A stretch of DNA of 64,000 bases. It comes from Longimicrobiales bacterium (GTDB taxonomy: Bacteria; Gemmatimonadota; Gemmatimonadetes; Longimicrobiales; Gaopeijiaceae). Made by a program: the position numbers and the translations under genes. The notes beneath the pieces were generated by a model, which ran no database searches, had not been told where the DNA came from, and was given only the letters and a program-made list of their open reading frames with translations. Position 1 is the stretch's first letter. Each line of letters begins with the position of its first letter. The DNA is taken from contig CBDFIQ010000001.1 in the NCBI GenBank assembly GCA_965248195.1, positions 1,434,658 to 1,498,657 on the forward strand. Reading direction: 5' to 3'. Below, one piece after another: positions 10,004 through 20,947 of the stretch.

Positions 10004-12211
10004 TTACGTCTCGACCAGTTCACCACCGAATGGACTCGAGTTGTTGACGAAGAATACGGTCGAAAGCCCTTCGGCCATGTTGGCCATTCGTTGAGCGGCC
10101 TCCGTCTCTTCGCCCACCTCCGGCACAGGCAAGCCCAAAAAAACGACATCGGCAGTTTGGCTTTGCGCGAAAATCACTTCCCGAACAGTCATGTCGTCTG
10201 GCTTCATGAGTACGTCAGTCCGTGCATTGATCCGTAGTTCCGGGAGCAGCTCATTCAAGTGGTTTTGGGTTCTTTCCTGCATCAACTCACTGGATGCCAA
10301 ACTGGTCACAACGAGTTGCGCACCTCGCCACTCTGGGTTGTGTGAGAGCAAATAGGCGAGCAGCAACATGAGATCGCCATTACGCTGCAGGCCCCCCCAC
10401 CAGACGTGAATCTCGCGGTCCTCGGGCGCCACCGGCTGACGGCCTGTGTCAATCCGACCAATGATGAGGGATTTTCCGAGTTGGGAAAACGAACGAAGCG
10501 AGCGCAGGGCTTGTTCGAGTCCGCTTTGCTCCGATGGCCACCCCATCAGGAGCGTGTTGCTGTTGAGTCCACCCATGCCATTCGCTTGAGCTACCGAGAC
10601 GAGGCCATCTTCGATGTTGCTGACAACATCGGTTTCGGCGAAAGCGATAACGGCCTCCTGCTTCAGGAAGCCCTCCATCTCCTGCCTACGGGCTTGGGTG
10701 TCGAACCCTTCTGGGGCCAAGTCGGCTTCAACGAGCTCGCATATGGTCACGATGCCGCGTCCTTGGGCAAACCATCGGCCATAGTGAACGAGATCCAAAC
10801 TCCGCTCGATCCTTCGCACGAAGATCATGATGTGGGGACGCCAACTGCGAGCAGTCATGGGGTGGGCCGATATCCTGACCAGAGCCCATTGCATCAGCGC
10901 CTCATACAGGCCTCTGCGCGCGTCCCCCCAGGCCGTTGTACGTTCCTTACGGGCCAGAATGAACCAAACGATGACTTCCGCCGACAGTGCTGCAACAGCC
11001 GCCAGTGGGCTGATGAGAAACATGGCGACGATACATGCGATTCCCGCCGTCAGACTCGCGATCCATGGAATACGGAGCGTGGGTCGCCAGGAAATCTCAC
11101 CGCTCAAGGACGCAAATGCCGCTACGAGGTTCACGGTCCCATAGACAGTGAGGAAGAACATCGTGACGATGGGAGCGACCGCGTTCAAATCGCCCAAGAG
11201 GCAAGCGGCGAGTGCAATGAGTAGGGTCAGTAGGAGCCCAAAAATGGGCTCCTCATGAGGCCCCATCGTGCGTGCGAGTTGTTTGGGTGCGAGGTGATCG
11301 AGAGCCAGTGCCTGAAGGGTTCGCGGCGCTCCCAACACGGAACCCACAGCGGATGAGAAGATGGCCCCCCACAACCCGGGGAGAATGAGCAACGCCCCAA
11401 GAGGGGCGATGCGAGCCCAGACCATGGGATCGTCGATAAGTACCTGAGTATCTGCGCCAAAAAACAAGAGGATGGGTATGGTTATGTAGACCGCGAAACC
11501 CAGCAGGACAGCCGCGATGGAGCCGCGAGGAATAGACGCCTTGGGGTCGCGTAAATCACCCGAGAGTCCGAGCCCAGCCATGACCCCGGTGACGGCCGGG
11601 AAGAACACCGCGAACGCGATCCAGTACTCGACCTCGCCCGTAGACTGGGCCATCGGCGGAGGGTCGGGGAGCGGGTTGGCTGCGGACCCCGCAACCAACG
11701 CGGCCAGTGAAACGACAACGAGAAACAAGAGCGGCAACTGGACCTTGAGCGCGATCGCAGATCCCCTGGAGGCGAGTAAGCCGATGCCCAGCACGATCAC
11801 GAAGGCAGCGGGTGCGATGGGTACGCCAGGCCAAATGAACCGGATGGATTCGGCCAGCCCAAACGCATAAAGCGTGACCGAGAACGCTTGGGACAGAAAG
11901 AGCGGGAGCCCAATGGCACCGCCGATTTCCAGACCGAGATTTCTCGAGATAATGTTATAAGCACCCCCAATCCCGATGCGCCTGTTGGTTGCGATTGAGG
12001 AGAACGACAGCGTTGTTGTGAGCGTTACCAGATTGGCCAGCACGACGATCGAGAGCGTATAGAACAGTCCCATGTTTCCTACGAGCCAGCCCACCCGCAG
12101 GTACATGATGACCCCGAGTATCGTGAGCAACGTCGGCGTGAACACGCCGATGAACGTGCCGAGCTTTCCTTCAGCGGGGCCGCGCGGGGTTCTCTTGAAA
12201 AATTGGCTCAT
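10004..12211 (-). CDS. Cation-chloride cotransporter (SLC12/CCC-like amino-acid permease)
   Basis: GVFTPTLLTILGVIMYLR and FFPAVTG motifs; C-terminal WRPHI and VWWGG domain; likely ATG at 12211. Confidence 0.88.
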   Translation of the reverse strand: MSQFFKRTPRGPAEGKLGTFIGVFTPTLLTILGVIMYLRVGWLVGNMGLFYTLSIVVLANLVTLTTTLSFSSIATNRRIGIGGAYNIISRNLGLEIGGAIGLPLFLSQAFSVTLYAFGLAESIRFIWPGVPIAPAAFVIVLGIGLLASRGSAIALKVQLPLLFLVVVSLAALVAGSAANPLPDPPPMAQSTGEVEYWIAFAVFFPAVTGVMAGLGLSGDLRDPKASIPRGSIAAVLLGFAVYITIPILLFFGADTQVLIDDPMVWARIAPLGALLILPGLWGAIFSSAVGSVLGAPRTLQALALDHLAPKQLARTMGPHEEPIFGLLLTLLIALAACLLGDLNAVAPIVTMFFLTVYGTVNLVAAFASLSGEISWRPTLRIPWIASLTAGIACIVAMFLISPLAAVAALSAEVIVWFILARKERTTAWGDARRGLYEALMQWALVRISAHPMTARSWRPHIMIFVRRIERSLDLVHYGRWFAQGRGIVTICELVEADLAPEGFDTQARRQEMEGFLKQEAVIAFAETDVVSNIEDGLVSVAQANGMGGLNSNTLLMGWPSEQSGLEQALRSLRSFSQLGKSLIIGRIDTGRQPVAPEDREIHVWWGGLQRNGDLMLLLAYLLSHNPEWRGAQLVVTSLASSELMQERTQNHLNELLPELRINARTDVLMKPDDMTVREVIFAQSQTADVVFLGLPVPEVGEETEAAQRMANMAEGLSTVFFVNNSSPFGGELVET

Positions 12212-12368
12212 GTATGTATGCCTCTGCCCCAGGAGTCCTCGAAATAGCCACTCCCAGACGACGCCCGCGTCACCATCGAGCTCGATCGTGGACTTCGTGC
12301 CCTTGAAGTCGTAGCGTGTGAATCCGGAAAGGTAACCACCTCTCGCCCATCTCGATGCGGTCCCCTCT

Positions 12369-13328
12369 ATGGGTACGATGATCTCACGACGGGAATTCTT
12401 CGCCAATGCGGCGGCTGTAGCCCTCTGCGGTCCTGAGCCTTTCCTGGCGCTTCAACGCGCCAACCCCTACGCCCTCATTCTCGGGATCGCTCAGGACGCG
12501 GGCATGCCACAGGTGGGCTGCTACGTAGAGCGGTGTGAACGTGCTCGCAACAGGGAGCGACCGCGCTATGCGGCGTCCATGTCGCTCGTGTACCCGGATC
12601 AGGATCGTTACTACCTGGTCGACGCGACCCCCGATATCACGCGTCAGCTCGATCTGCTCGAGGAGCCCGGGTTTCGGGCACGCGCCGGTCAGCGGAGGCC
12701 CTTCGACGGCATCTTCCTGACGCACGCCCACATCGGCCATTACAGCGGTCTCGCGGTGTTGGGGCGCGAGGGGCTCGGCATGGCGCCGACGCCGACGTAC
12801 TGCACACCCGAGATGGCCGACTTCCTGACGAACAACGGGCCGTGGGGCCTGATGGTCAGTGAAGGCCGGCTCGACCTCCGCCCGGTCGTCCCAGGCGAGT
12901 GGAACCGGATCGACGACCAGCTCCAGGCCCACGCGCTCCTCGTCCCGCACCGTCCCGAGTACTCGGATACCGTCGCATGGGTCTTCCGCGGACCGACCCA
13001 AACGATCCTGTACCTGCCGGACATCGACTCGTGGGAGAGCTGGGAGCTCGACGTTGAAGACGTGGTCGCGAGTGTGGACGTGGCACTGCTCGATGCCTCA
13101 TTCTATTCGGGTGACGAGGTGCCCGGGCGCAACATCGAAGACATCCCGCACCCGTTGGTTCCACGCTCGATGGATCGACTACAAGGTCGGGTCGATGCCG
13201 GCGATCGAATCCTGTTCACGCACCTCAACAACACCAACCCGGCGCTCTTCGAAGACAGCCGGGAGGCGGCGGAGGTACGACGGCGAGGCTTCGAGATCGC
13301 TACGGAGGGGCAGAGAATCCCGCTTTAG
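12369..13328 (+). CDS. PqqB-like metallo-beta-lactamase-fold hydrolase with Tat signal
   Basis: SRREFF twin-arginine signal; LGIAQDAG, THAHIGHY and THLNNTN motifs. Confidence 0.85.
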   Translation: MGTMISRREFFANAAAVALCGPEPFLALQRANPYALILGIAQDAGMPQVGCYVERCERARNRERPRYAASMSLVYPDQDRYYLVDATPDITRQLDLLEEPGFRARAGQRRPFDGIFLTHAHIGHYSGLAVLGREGLGMAPTPTYCTPEMADFLTNNGPWGLMVSEGRLDLRPVVPGEWNRIDDQLQAHALLVPHRPEYSDTVAWVFRGPTQTILYLPDIDSWESWELDVEDVVASVDVALLDASFYSGDEVPGRNIEDIPHPLVPRSMDRLQGRVDAGDRILFTHLNNTNPALFEDSREAAEVRRRGFEIATEGQRIPL

Positions 13329-13454
13329 ACGGTCCGAGAGCAACAGTCCCGCCTGCTTCTTCCCGAGATTTTGATTGTGCTTTCCGAAAGGGTGACCATG
13401 TTTCTCTGCGTATGCACAAACTCTTGCAGCCAGCCTTCTGTGGAGAAATCGACT

Positions 13455-13982
13455 ATGCGCGGTATGCTTCTGACCCTTTCGACGGTGTTCGGGCTCGTGG
13501 CGCTCGCCGCGCCCGTGGACGCACAGATCAAGTTCGGCGCCCAGGGCGCCGTCATGAGCAGCCTTGACGACCTGAGTACGATTTTGCCGGGTGCGCCTAA
13601 GCTAAGCGGCACGTCCGGCATAGGCGCCCGTGCGGCCTTGCAGCCGCCGCTCCTGCCGATCGGCCTATTTGCCCAGGGCGTCTATTATTTTCCCGACGCT
13701 GACGATTACGACTACATGACCTATTCGCTCGCGGCACAGCTTCGGATGTCGACACCGCTGATCAGCCCTTATGCGCTCGGCGGGTGGCAGTGGCGTCGGA
13801 CGAGCACCGGGGGAACGAGCAACACCGAGACCGGGGCCATCGTCGGCGTGGGCGTCCAGCTTAACTTCGGCGTTTCCCTCTTCCTCGAGGCGAGCTACGA
13901 ATTCAACGAGGATTTGACCGGAGTGCCCGATTTCGACACCGACCCGATCGTCATCAAGGGCGGGTTCATGTTCGGCTCTTAA
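13455..13982 (+). CDS. Outer-membrane beta-barrel protein
   Basis: Signal peptide, amphipathic strands, aromatic residues near the C-terminus. Confidence 0.65.
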   Translation: MRGMLLTLSTVFGLVALAAPVDAQIKFGAQGAVMSSLDDLSTILPGAPKLSGTSGIGARAALQPPLLPIGLFAQGVYYFPDADDYDYMTYSLAAQLRMSTPLISPYALGGWQWRRTSTGGTSNTETGAIVGVGVQLNFGVSLFLEASYEFNEDLTGVPDFDTDPIVIKGGFMFGS

Positions 13983-13987
13983 CGGCT

Positions 13988-15058
13988 TTACCTCCGTCCT
14001 TGAGCCTCGATCCCCTCCAGGTGACGCTGGCCGCTCAAGACGTTCGCGAGCGCGTAGTTACCCTCATGACAGGCGTACTCGAAGATCTGCTGGTCGTACT
14101 TCCTCCAAGGAACTTGCCCGCCCCACACCTCGCTGTAGGTCCTCGGGTCATGGATCTCGAACTCATAAAGCATGTTTTCGTCATCGGTCCGGGTGAAGCG
14201 CTCGATCGCCCTCAGATCCTCGGAGTGCACGATCTTATCGGTCTGCTCACGTATGCCGTGGCTCGGATGGATGTTCGTGGTCTCGACCACGAGAGTGTTG
14301 CCCTCCCAGTGGCCCCACGAGTCGCCGAACCAGGGCCGCACGTGCGCGGGCAGCCGGCTCGGCTCGCCTAGTCGGATGATCCGGACGTCGTGGATCATCT
14401 CCGACATGATCAGCACATGGTCGGCATTCTGAACGATCGTGAAGTTGTTGTTATACCCCCGGGTGGGCGTCATCGGGGGTCCCATCACGCTGGCGGAGCT
14501 CGAGCCGTAGAAGACGATGCAGCGCTCAGCGAGCGGCCGGAGCTCGGGATGGTCGAACTGGCCGAACCGGGAACGGAACTCATGGTACTCCCGCTTCCGC
14601 CTCGCGCCTTCCGGTGTAAGCTCTGGAATCCGGCCGTTTGGCGGAAAGGTGATGAGGGAGGTCATAGGCTCGCCGTCGACCCTCGCCACCCCATCACCAC
14701 GATCATAATAGATCTGGTTGTAGCTTCGGCCGATCTCACCGGTCACCGGCGGTGGCGGGCGATCGGGGTCACTCGGATCGGACCCCGTCTCGATCTGGGA
14801 CCGCTGTCGACCCTCGATTTCGTCGACCTGCGCCTGCGTGTAGACAGGACTGAGCCCCCGTTGGCGCTCGAACGTCGTGAGCGTCGCGTTGCTCCAGTTG
14901 CCCTGGATGTCCGGATGGCCCCATTCGGTCCTGGGCTGTTGCCAGTCGGGATCCCCGCGTTGAGCCCTCTCGGGGGTCTGGGCCTCGGCCGAGAAGAACC
15001 CTGTCGATGCGAAGGCGAGACAAAGCAGAAGTCCCGATTTCGACGCTCGCGTGATCAT
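13988..15058 (-). CDS. Conserved secreted hypothetical protein
   Basis: Signal peptide; PRTEWGHPDIQGNW...GDSWGHWEGNTLVVET...FEYACHEGN motifs; RBS upstream. Confidence 0.75.
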   Translation of the reverse strand: MITRASKSGLLLCLAFASTGFFSAEAQTPERAQRGDPDWQQPRTEWGHPDIQGNWSNATLTTFERQRGLSPVYTQAQVDEIEGRQRSQIETGSDPSDPDRPPPPVTGEIGRSYNQIYYDRGDGVARVDGEPMTSLITFPPNGRIPELTPEGARRKREYHEFRSRFGQFDHPELRPLAERCIVFYGSSSASVMGPPMTPTRGYNNNFTIVQNADHVLIMSEMIHDVRIIRLGEPSRLPAHVRPWFGDSWGHWEGNTLVVETTNIHPSHGIREQTDKIVHSEDLRAIERFTRTDDENMLYEFEIHDPRTYSEVWGGQVPWRKYDQQIFEYACHEGNYALANVLSGQRHLEGIEAQGRR

Positions 15059-15156
15059 CGTTCCTCCCGTGGCTCAAGGGATAATCTGCTGGATCAACTC
15101 CTGGGCCTTCTCCCGGACCAACCCCTCCAACCTCTCCCAGCGGGACTGGCCTTGGG

Positions 15157-16695
15157 TCATGGTGCTCTCGCCCCCTCGGTGCCCGCCGGGGGCGTGGTGG
15201 CTGGCGGTGGTACGTCCACTTTCAGCTGGTACGCGCCGGTCTCATTCGCGTTGCGGCTGCTGGCCACGATCTCGTAGGTGCCGGCCGTCAGGGCACGCTC
15301 GATCCTGGCGTCCAGTCCACCGCTGCCGTCGTCGTCTTCGGCGAGGATGGTGCCGTCACTGTCCTTCAGCACCAGGAAGGCATCCAATGCGGGGGCGCTC
15401 TCGAGATCGATGCGAGCCGTCGTGTCGTTCACAAGCACGAGTTCCCAGGATTCCTGGAACGCTCCGCCCGGCCGCAGACAGTCGTTGTCGTCCAGCGCAC
15501 CGTCCACGGTCTGTCCGAAGGCGATCGGTTGTGGGTCGTCGCACGCGATCTGGCTCACGGTGAGCAGATAGCTGCCCTCGCCAGGCAAAATGGCAGTCGT
15601 CGCAAACAGGGCGTACGAACCCGGGCTGAGGGCTTCTCGAATCCGTGCGTTCCCGTCACTCATCTCGTCCTCGCCGGCGGCAACGACGATCCCGTTTGCA
15701 TCCAGCAGAATGACGAACGGTTGGAAGTCGAGGCTCTTGAGGTGGATGCTGATCACCGCTTCTTCTGTGATGTTGATCACGAAAGAGTCTGCGGGCGCCA
15801 CGAAAGCGACGAGGCAGTCGCTCGGCGAAATGTCGCCTGCCACGGTTTCGCCGAGTACGAAGTCCGTACCGGGTGTGCACGCCGGAAGCTCGTCCACCGT
15901 CAGGTCGTACGCGCCGCGGCCGGTATCCAACGGAGCCGTGGCCACAATGGTCCACTCTCCGGCCTCCAGCTCGGTGTCGAGGCGGGCGTGACCTGTAGGG
16001 CCTACAACGGCGAGATCGATGATGTTGCCCTCTTGATTTTGCACCAGGACGACTTCGTCGAAGTCGCTGCTCTCGAGGTCGATCCGGAGCTTCAGGGTAT
16101 TGGCGAGGCTCAGCGACCAGTTGTCCACCTGGCCAGTAATTTCCCCCACACAGTCGTCGTCGGCCAGTCCTCCCGTCACGGTTTGTCCCAGCTGCAGGGC
16201 TCCGACCGGCGAGCAATCCGGGCCATCGGTCACGCTGAGCCGGTAGGCGCCCGCTTGCCCCACTTCGAGCGTGCGCGCGAGGATGATGTACGAGCCAGCT
16301 TGCAGCGTCCGGATGAGTCGAGCGTCGAAACTGCCAGCCGCGTTGTCGTTTAGAGCGATTACATTGCCGACGTTGTCTCGGAGCTCCAGGAACGCGTCGA
16401 AAGTGTTACTGGTGAGGTCGATGCGCACGTCGGTCTGGCCGGCCAGGCTCAGGCTCCATCGGTCTCCAAAGGCGCCGTCGGACAGTACGCAGTCGGTGGC
16501 GTCCAGTTGACCAGGGCGCGACTGACCCAATGAGATCGAGGATGTCGCTTGACACGGATCGTCTGCGTCGACGTCCGTGGGATCGTCGCCTCCGCCGCAC
16601 GCGGCGACGCCTAGGCACAGGAGACCGTAGAGGAAGAGCTCGAATGAGCTCCGTGACTCCTTCGTGCGCCAGCGTGGCAGTGTGTGAATCTTCAT
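15157..16695 (-). CDS. Lipoprotein with four PPC (pre-peptidase C-terminal)-like repeats
   Basis: Lipobox VAAC; four repeats of the pattern G.L...DC....D.W/F...RIDL.S..FD..L.L...G...A......DAR....L.AG.Y. Confidence 0.75.
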   Translation of the reverse strand: MKIHTLPRWRTKESRSSFELFLYGLLCLGVAACGGGDDPTDVDADDPCQATSSISLGQSRPGQLDATDCVLSDGAFGDRWSLSLAGQTDVRIDLTSNTFDAFLELRDNVGNVIALNDNAAGSFDARLIRTLQAGSYIILARTLEVGQAGAYRLSVTDGPDCSPVGALQLGQTVTGGLADDDCVGEITGQVDNWSLSLANTLKLRIDLESSDFDEVVLVQNQEGNIIDLAVVGPTGHARLDTELEAGEWTIVATAPLDTGRGAYDLTVDELPACTPGTDFVLGETVAGDISPSDCLVAFVAPADSFVINITEEAVISIHLKSLDFQPFVILLDANGIVVAAGEDEMSDGNARIREALSPGSYALFATTAILPGEGSYLLTVSQIACDDPQPIAFGQTVDGALDDNDCLRPGGAFQESWELVLVNDTTARIDLESAPALDAFLVLKDSDGTILAEDDDGSGGLDARIERALTAGTYEIVASSRNANETGAYQLKVDVPPPATTPPAGTEGARAP

Positions 16696-16848
16696 CGTCC
16701 GCGACGGTATGAGTGTCGAAGGGCAAGATACGTTCAAGCGGATTCCAATCTCATACGTCAGATGACTTAGCGATAGCCTCAGCTGCGGCGCCTCCGTTCA
16801 CATCTTTGCGCCTCCTGAACGAGGAGACGGCCACCTCGAACGATGAGT

Positions 16849-18498
16849 TCAGTCGGTGTGCACCCGTTCGAAGCGCATGTCATATACCCGCCCGAGGCTC
16901 AGGCTGAGCGCAACGACCCTGCCACTGCTGTCCCGACGGAAACGGTAGATGTACCCCCCCGCCCTGAAGCCGTCCGCATAGATCGGCGTCAGAGTCCTGG
17001 TGACGTTCGGTCGCTGCCATACGGTGAGCCTAGCGTCCTCGACTCGCACCACGAAGGTTGTCTCCGCGTCGGAGCTGTGATACTCCCCCTCGTAAGAGCG
17101 CAGCTCGGCTAAAGAAGGTTCCACGGGCTCGACCGGCTCGTATCGGTGTTCAGTGTACTCCCACGACTCCACGTGAATCGTCGGGCGGCCGCCTCCCCTG
17201 GTCTCGAACACAAAGCGCCGTGAACTCGGACCGGCCTGGAATTCTTCGGCGGAAAGCGGAAGGAGAGGAGTTCGGCCGTCTACCCGGAGCCCGTCTTCGA
17301 CCAAGTCGACCCTCATGGGGCTGCCCGTAACCGGTTCGCGATAGAGGCCGGTCAGCGCGAGGAGCTTGTCCCGGGGCACGGCGACTCCCGCGGATTCGAC
17401 GGGATCCGAAACCTCCCCGAGAAACACGCGGGCGATGCGGGCGCCAGTGCCCCCTGTCGGGACGTTGGTTATGTTGCAAAGCATGGCCACGGCGAGCCCC
17501 TGATCACGGTATCGTGCGGTGAAGGCACGATAACCCGCCGTAGATCCCGTGTGAGAGATCGCCGGTACTCCGGCATGTTCGGCGATTCTCAGACCCGCGG
17601 CGTAGACGATCTCGCTTCCGTCGTTGAGCCGCCCCGTTGCGTGCATCAGCGCCACGAACTCGGGTCCGCCCAGTCGCCCGGTGGTGAGCGCCTGATTCCA
17701 GGTCAGCAGGTCTCCCACGGTCGTGAGGATTCCACCGTTTCCGTGCACGTGCTCGATCGGACGATTGATCGCGAAAGTCGAGTCCGGCAAGGCGGTATAC
17801 GCCGCGCTTCGGCCTTTTATTATGCGCCGATAGTCGTCGCGCCACTGCGTGTGCTCCAGCCCGAGCGGCTCGAAAATTCGCTTCTTCGAAAACTCGGCGA
17901 ACGACATCCCGCTCACACGTCCCACGATGATCGCCAGCAGATTGTAGCCCGTATTGCTGTATGAGTATTCGTGTCCCGGTTCAAAATTGAGCGCACTTTG
18001 GCGACTCACGATGTCGATCACATCGGAGTGGTCGTGGCTGCGTTCCCCTCGGCCCCACCCGGAGATCTGGGCCACGCTACCCCAATCCCGGAGCCCACTG
18101 GTGTGGGTCATCATATGCCTGAGGGTGACCTTGGTGCCGTAGTCGGGCACTTCGGGCACGTAGTCGCGCACGTCGTCGTCGAGAGAGAGCTTTCCGTCCA
18201 TCACCAGAAGCATGATCGCGGCCGCGGTGAACTGCTTCGACAGTGAGCCTCCCTCGAAGATCGTCTCGGCGCTGTTGCGAACATCGTGCTCCAGATCGGC
18301 CATCCCGTAACCGCGAGAAAAAATCGTGAGACCATCCTTGGACACGGCGACGGCGCAGCCCGGCGAGCTCACCGAGCTCCAGGGCGTGAAGATCCGATCG
18401 ACCTGAAGGCCGGCATCCGGCGGCACCTGAGCGCAGAGAACAAGGGGAAAGCCGGCCACGACCGAGATGACCACGGTCGCTGTTCGGAGCATGTTCAC
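16849..18498 (-). CDS. Serine hydrolase (beta-lactamase/class C family)
   Basis: SLSK (SxxK), YSN and HTG motifs; probable start at about 18492-18498. Confidence 0.9.
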   Translation of the reverse strand: MNMLRTATVVISVVAGFPLVLCAQVPPDAGLQVDRIFTPWSSVSSPGCAVAVSKDGLTIFSRGYGMADLEHDVRNSAETIFEGGSLSKQFTAAAIMLLVMDGKLSLDDDVRDYVPEVPDYGTKVTLRHMMTHTSGLRDWGSVAQISGWGRGERSHDHSDVIDIVSRQSALNFEPGHEYSYSNTGYNLLAIIVGRVSGMSFAEFSKKRIFEPLGLEHTQWRDDYRRIIKGRSAAYTALPDSTFAINRPIEHVHGNGGILTTVGDLLTWNQALTTGRLGGPEFVALMHATGRLNDGSEIVYAAGLRIAEHAGVPAISHTGSTAGYRAFTARYRDQGLAVAMLCNITNVPTGGTGARIARVFLGEVSDPVESAGVAVPRDKLLALTGLYREPVTGSPMRVDLVEDGLRVDGRTPLLPLSAEEFQAGPSSRRFVFETRGGGRPTIHVESWEYTEHRYEPVEPVEPSLAELRSYEGEYHSSDAETTFVVRVEDARLTVWQRPNVTRTLTPIYADGFRAGGYIYRFRRDSSGRVVALSLSLGRVYDMRFERVHTD

Positions 18499-18717
18499 GG
18501 TTCCCCATCCTTCGTCGAAGGCGAAGCTCAAAGCCAGACCAAAAGCCCTTTTACGCACGCACGCGGATAACATGAGCGCCAGGACCGGGCGCGTCAACAT
18601 ACACAAAGCCGGGACCCAAGACTGGAGGTCATCCCGTTTCGCTATCCTCCGAGCCGTTCCTTCACTACTCTCACCGTCGGCTTCTTTCCGTCTACCTGGC
18701 AAAAAGAGGGGACGACC

Positions 18718-19503
18718 ATGACAGTCCGTATTCCTTCACTCGGCGTGGCGACGCTTTTGGCCCTCGGGGCGTTCGCGGTGGTCGTGCAACAAGCTCTTGG
18801 CCAGACGCTGGTGGAATCCAGCGCCGAAGCGCGGTTTCAACTGGACCTCCAGGTGCCGCAGGCGGCGCTCATGAGCTTCATCCCTCCGGGCTGGACGACC
18901 AACGTGTCGACCCGGGGACCGGCCAAGGACGCGAACCTGCGCGCGATCTTCATCGAGCGCTTGACCATCAACGGACCTGAGGGGCGTCCCGTGGGGGACG
19001 GCTCGAACCTTCTAGTCTATCTCACCGTCCCTGTGACCAATCCGGAGGGAGACAACGTCCAGCTCGTCATCGGTGGAATTACGGAAGACCCGGCCGACGC
19101 GCCTGGGCCGTTCGGTGTCTATCTGGCGGCCACCACGCATACTTTGCAACGCACCACGACCAGCGGATCGGGCCCCATCATCGAAACGCAGGATTGGGTC
19201 TTCGCCGCGGCAACGGGTGAGCACTTGGAGATGCACATCACCTTCGAGCGGGGTGTGGGCACCAGGCGCCCTGCCAGGGACACGCGATTCTACTCTGCGA
19301 AGGATCCGAGCTTCTTTCAGATCTCCAGGCAGCAGCAAGTCCTGGACATTTTGCGAAACGTGACGACCACCCCACCCGATCGCGTACGGGAGTGGTCGTT
19401 TACGGCCGGGGGCGGCAGCTACTCGGGCCTGTTCGACGGCACCGAGAAGGAGTTGAGTTGGGACAACATCGTGTGGCTCAATCGGGAAGTGCTGGTGCCG
19501 TAG
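18718..19503 (+). CDS. Secreted hypothetical protein
   Basis: 261-aa ORF with RBS and signal peptide. Confidence 0.65.
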   Translation: MTVRIPSLGVATLLALGAFAVVVQQALGQTLVESSAEARFQLDLQVPQAALMSFIPPGWTTNVSTRGPAKDANLRAIFIERLTINGPEGRPVGDGSNLLVYLTVPVTNPEGDNVQLVIGGITEDPADAPGPFGVYLAATTHTLQRTTTSGSGPIIETQDWVFAAATGEHLEMHITFERGVGTRRPARDTRFYSAKDPSFFQISRQQQVLDILRNVTTTPPDRVREWSFTAGGGSYSGLFDGTEKELSWDNIVWLNREVLVP

Positions 19504-19678
19504 GGGGGTGTTCCGGGGTCGAGTGGTTCTGGACGACGACGGCGCGGACTTGGGTCCGATTCAATCCCCTAGCGGTATGCTGATGCCCGCCGCGATCCCG
19601 AAGAACTGAGGGTTCTACCACGATCTAGCAAATACAACACTCTGTGGCCTGGCTTATGGCAAACCGTTGTTTTCGCTG

Positions 19679-20947
19679 TCACCCCTGAATCCTCCTTTCG
19701 ATGTACTGAACGGCGGCCCGGTAGGTGTCAGGAATAAGGTGGGCGTAGGTCTCCTCGACGACCTTGGTCGTGTCACCTAGCAGGGTGGCGATCACATTGA
19801 GCGGAACGCCGTCCTGTGCCAGCCACGAGGCGTAAGTGTGACGACCCGAATGCAGCGTGAGCCCGTCGCCCTCCCTTCCGTACTTGATCCCGGCCAGCTC
19901 GAAGGCGTCCTGGGCCCAGCGAGCCGAGGTGCCGGCCGTCACAGGCTGGTCCCCGCGATGAGGGCTCACAATCAAGTACCGCTCCCCGGCATAGCCTCTG
20001 CGGAGGTGGTCTTCGATGATCGTGACGAGGCTCTCGGTGATTGGAACGTCCCTTTCACCGCGCCGCGTCTTCGGCCTCCAGGGATAGGCATCCTTTCGGG
20101 ACTGGACGCGGATGAGCGGTTCGGGGCTCTCCAGGAGCACATCCACGTCGGTGCGCAGATGTAGGATCTCGCCTTGGCGCAGTCCGGCGAGGAACGCAAT
20201 CGCGATCATCGCCCGGCTGGGGATCCCAAGCATACCGCGGTCCAGGTCCACCCACTCCGGTGGAGTCAGGAACACAGCCCGTGTGGGCCGGATCTCGGGC
20301 ATCTCGACGCCCTTCCAGGGGTTGCTACGGATCGCAGGCTGTACGTTGCGGCGAGCGAGCAAGTCGGCCTCCTCGTCCATGACCATGCTCCAGAGTGCCC
20401 CGCACACGACCTGGCAAGCCCCTTGGCTGGCAGGTGCCCACGGACGCCCCGCTGTGCTGGCTTTCGGGCCGTGCAGGTACGCGCGCGCCTCGTCGACCGT
20501 CAGCTCTTCCATAGGGAAGTCCGAGCCGACGTCTCTCTCAAGGTGCCCGAGAACCGTACGATACTTCTTGATGGTGGACCGACTGCGTGTCGCCTCTTTG
20601 AGCCTCAGGAACCTCTCGACGGCCGGCCCGAGCCGTGGCGAGTCGGAGCCCATGCGCCGCAGCTTGGTGGCGTCGCCGTTACGTAGCGCGGCCTGAGCGT
20701 CGGTGATGTGCATGTCGCCACGGCGGATCGCCTCGAGCACGTTCCAGTCGCCACGATCCATGAGCTGAGTCAGGACGGTATGGCGCTCGGTGGCCACATC
20801 CTGATCGCCGGTCCTGAGCGAGATCGCCAGGCGGCCGCCCTTGAACCGCGAGTGCCTACGGTCGAAGTAGGCGCGGCCAGCTCGCCATACGAGGCCCTTG
20901 GGGGCACGTGAGCGCTTTCTAGGGCCCACTGCCCACGAGCTCCTCAC
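19679..20947 (-). CDS. Tyrosine recombinase/phage integrase (start uncertain)
   Basis: GLRQGEI (R), HSGRH (HxxR) and TYAH (catalytic Y) motifs. Confidence 0.92.
   Translation of the reverse strand: MRSSWAVGPRKRSRAPKGLVWRAGRAYFDRRHSRFKGGRLAISLRTGDQDVATERHTVLTQLMDRGDWNVLEAIRRGDMHITDAQAALRNGDATKLRRMGSDSPRLGPAVERFLRLKEATRSRSTIKKYRTVLGHLERDVGSDFPMEELTVDEARAYLHGPKASTAGRPWAPASQGACQVVCGALWSMVMDEEADLLARRNVQPAIRSNPWKGVEMPEIRPTRAVFLTPPEWVDLDRGMLGIPSRAMIAIAFLAGLRQGEILHLRTDVDVLLESPEPLIRVQSRKDAYPWRPKTRRGERDVPITESLVTIIEDHLRRGYAGERYLIVSPHRGDQPVTAGTSARWAQDAFELAGIKYGREGDGLTLHSGRHTYASWLAQDGVPLNVIATLLGDTTKVVEETYAHLIPDTYRAAVQYIERRIQG

Noticed and set aside
19504..19678. att site or tRNA target next to the integrase
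   Set aside because: No cloverleaf is visible and the partner repeat would lie outside the window, so it cannot be called.
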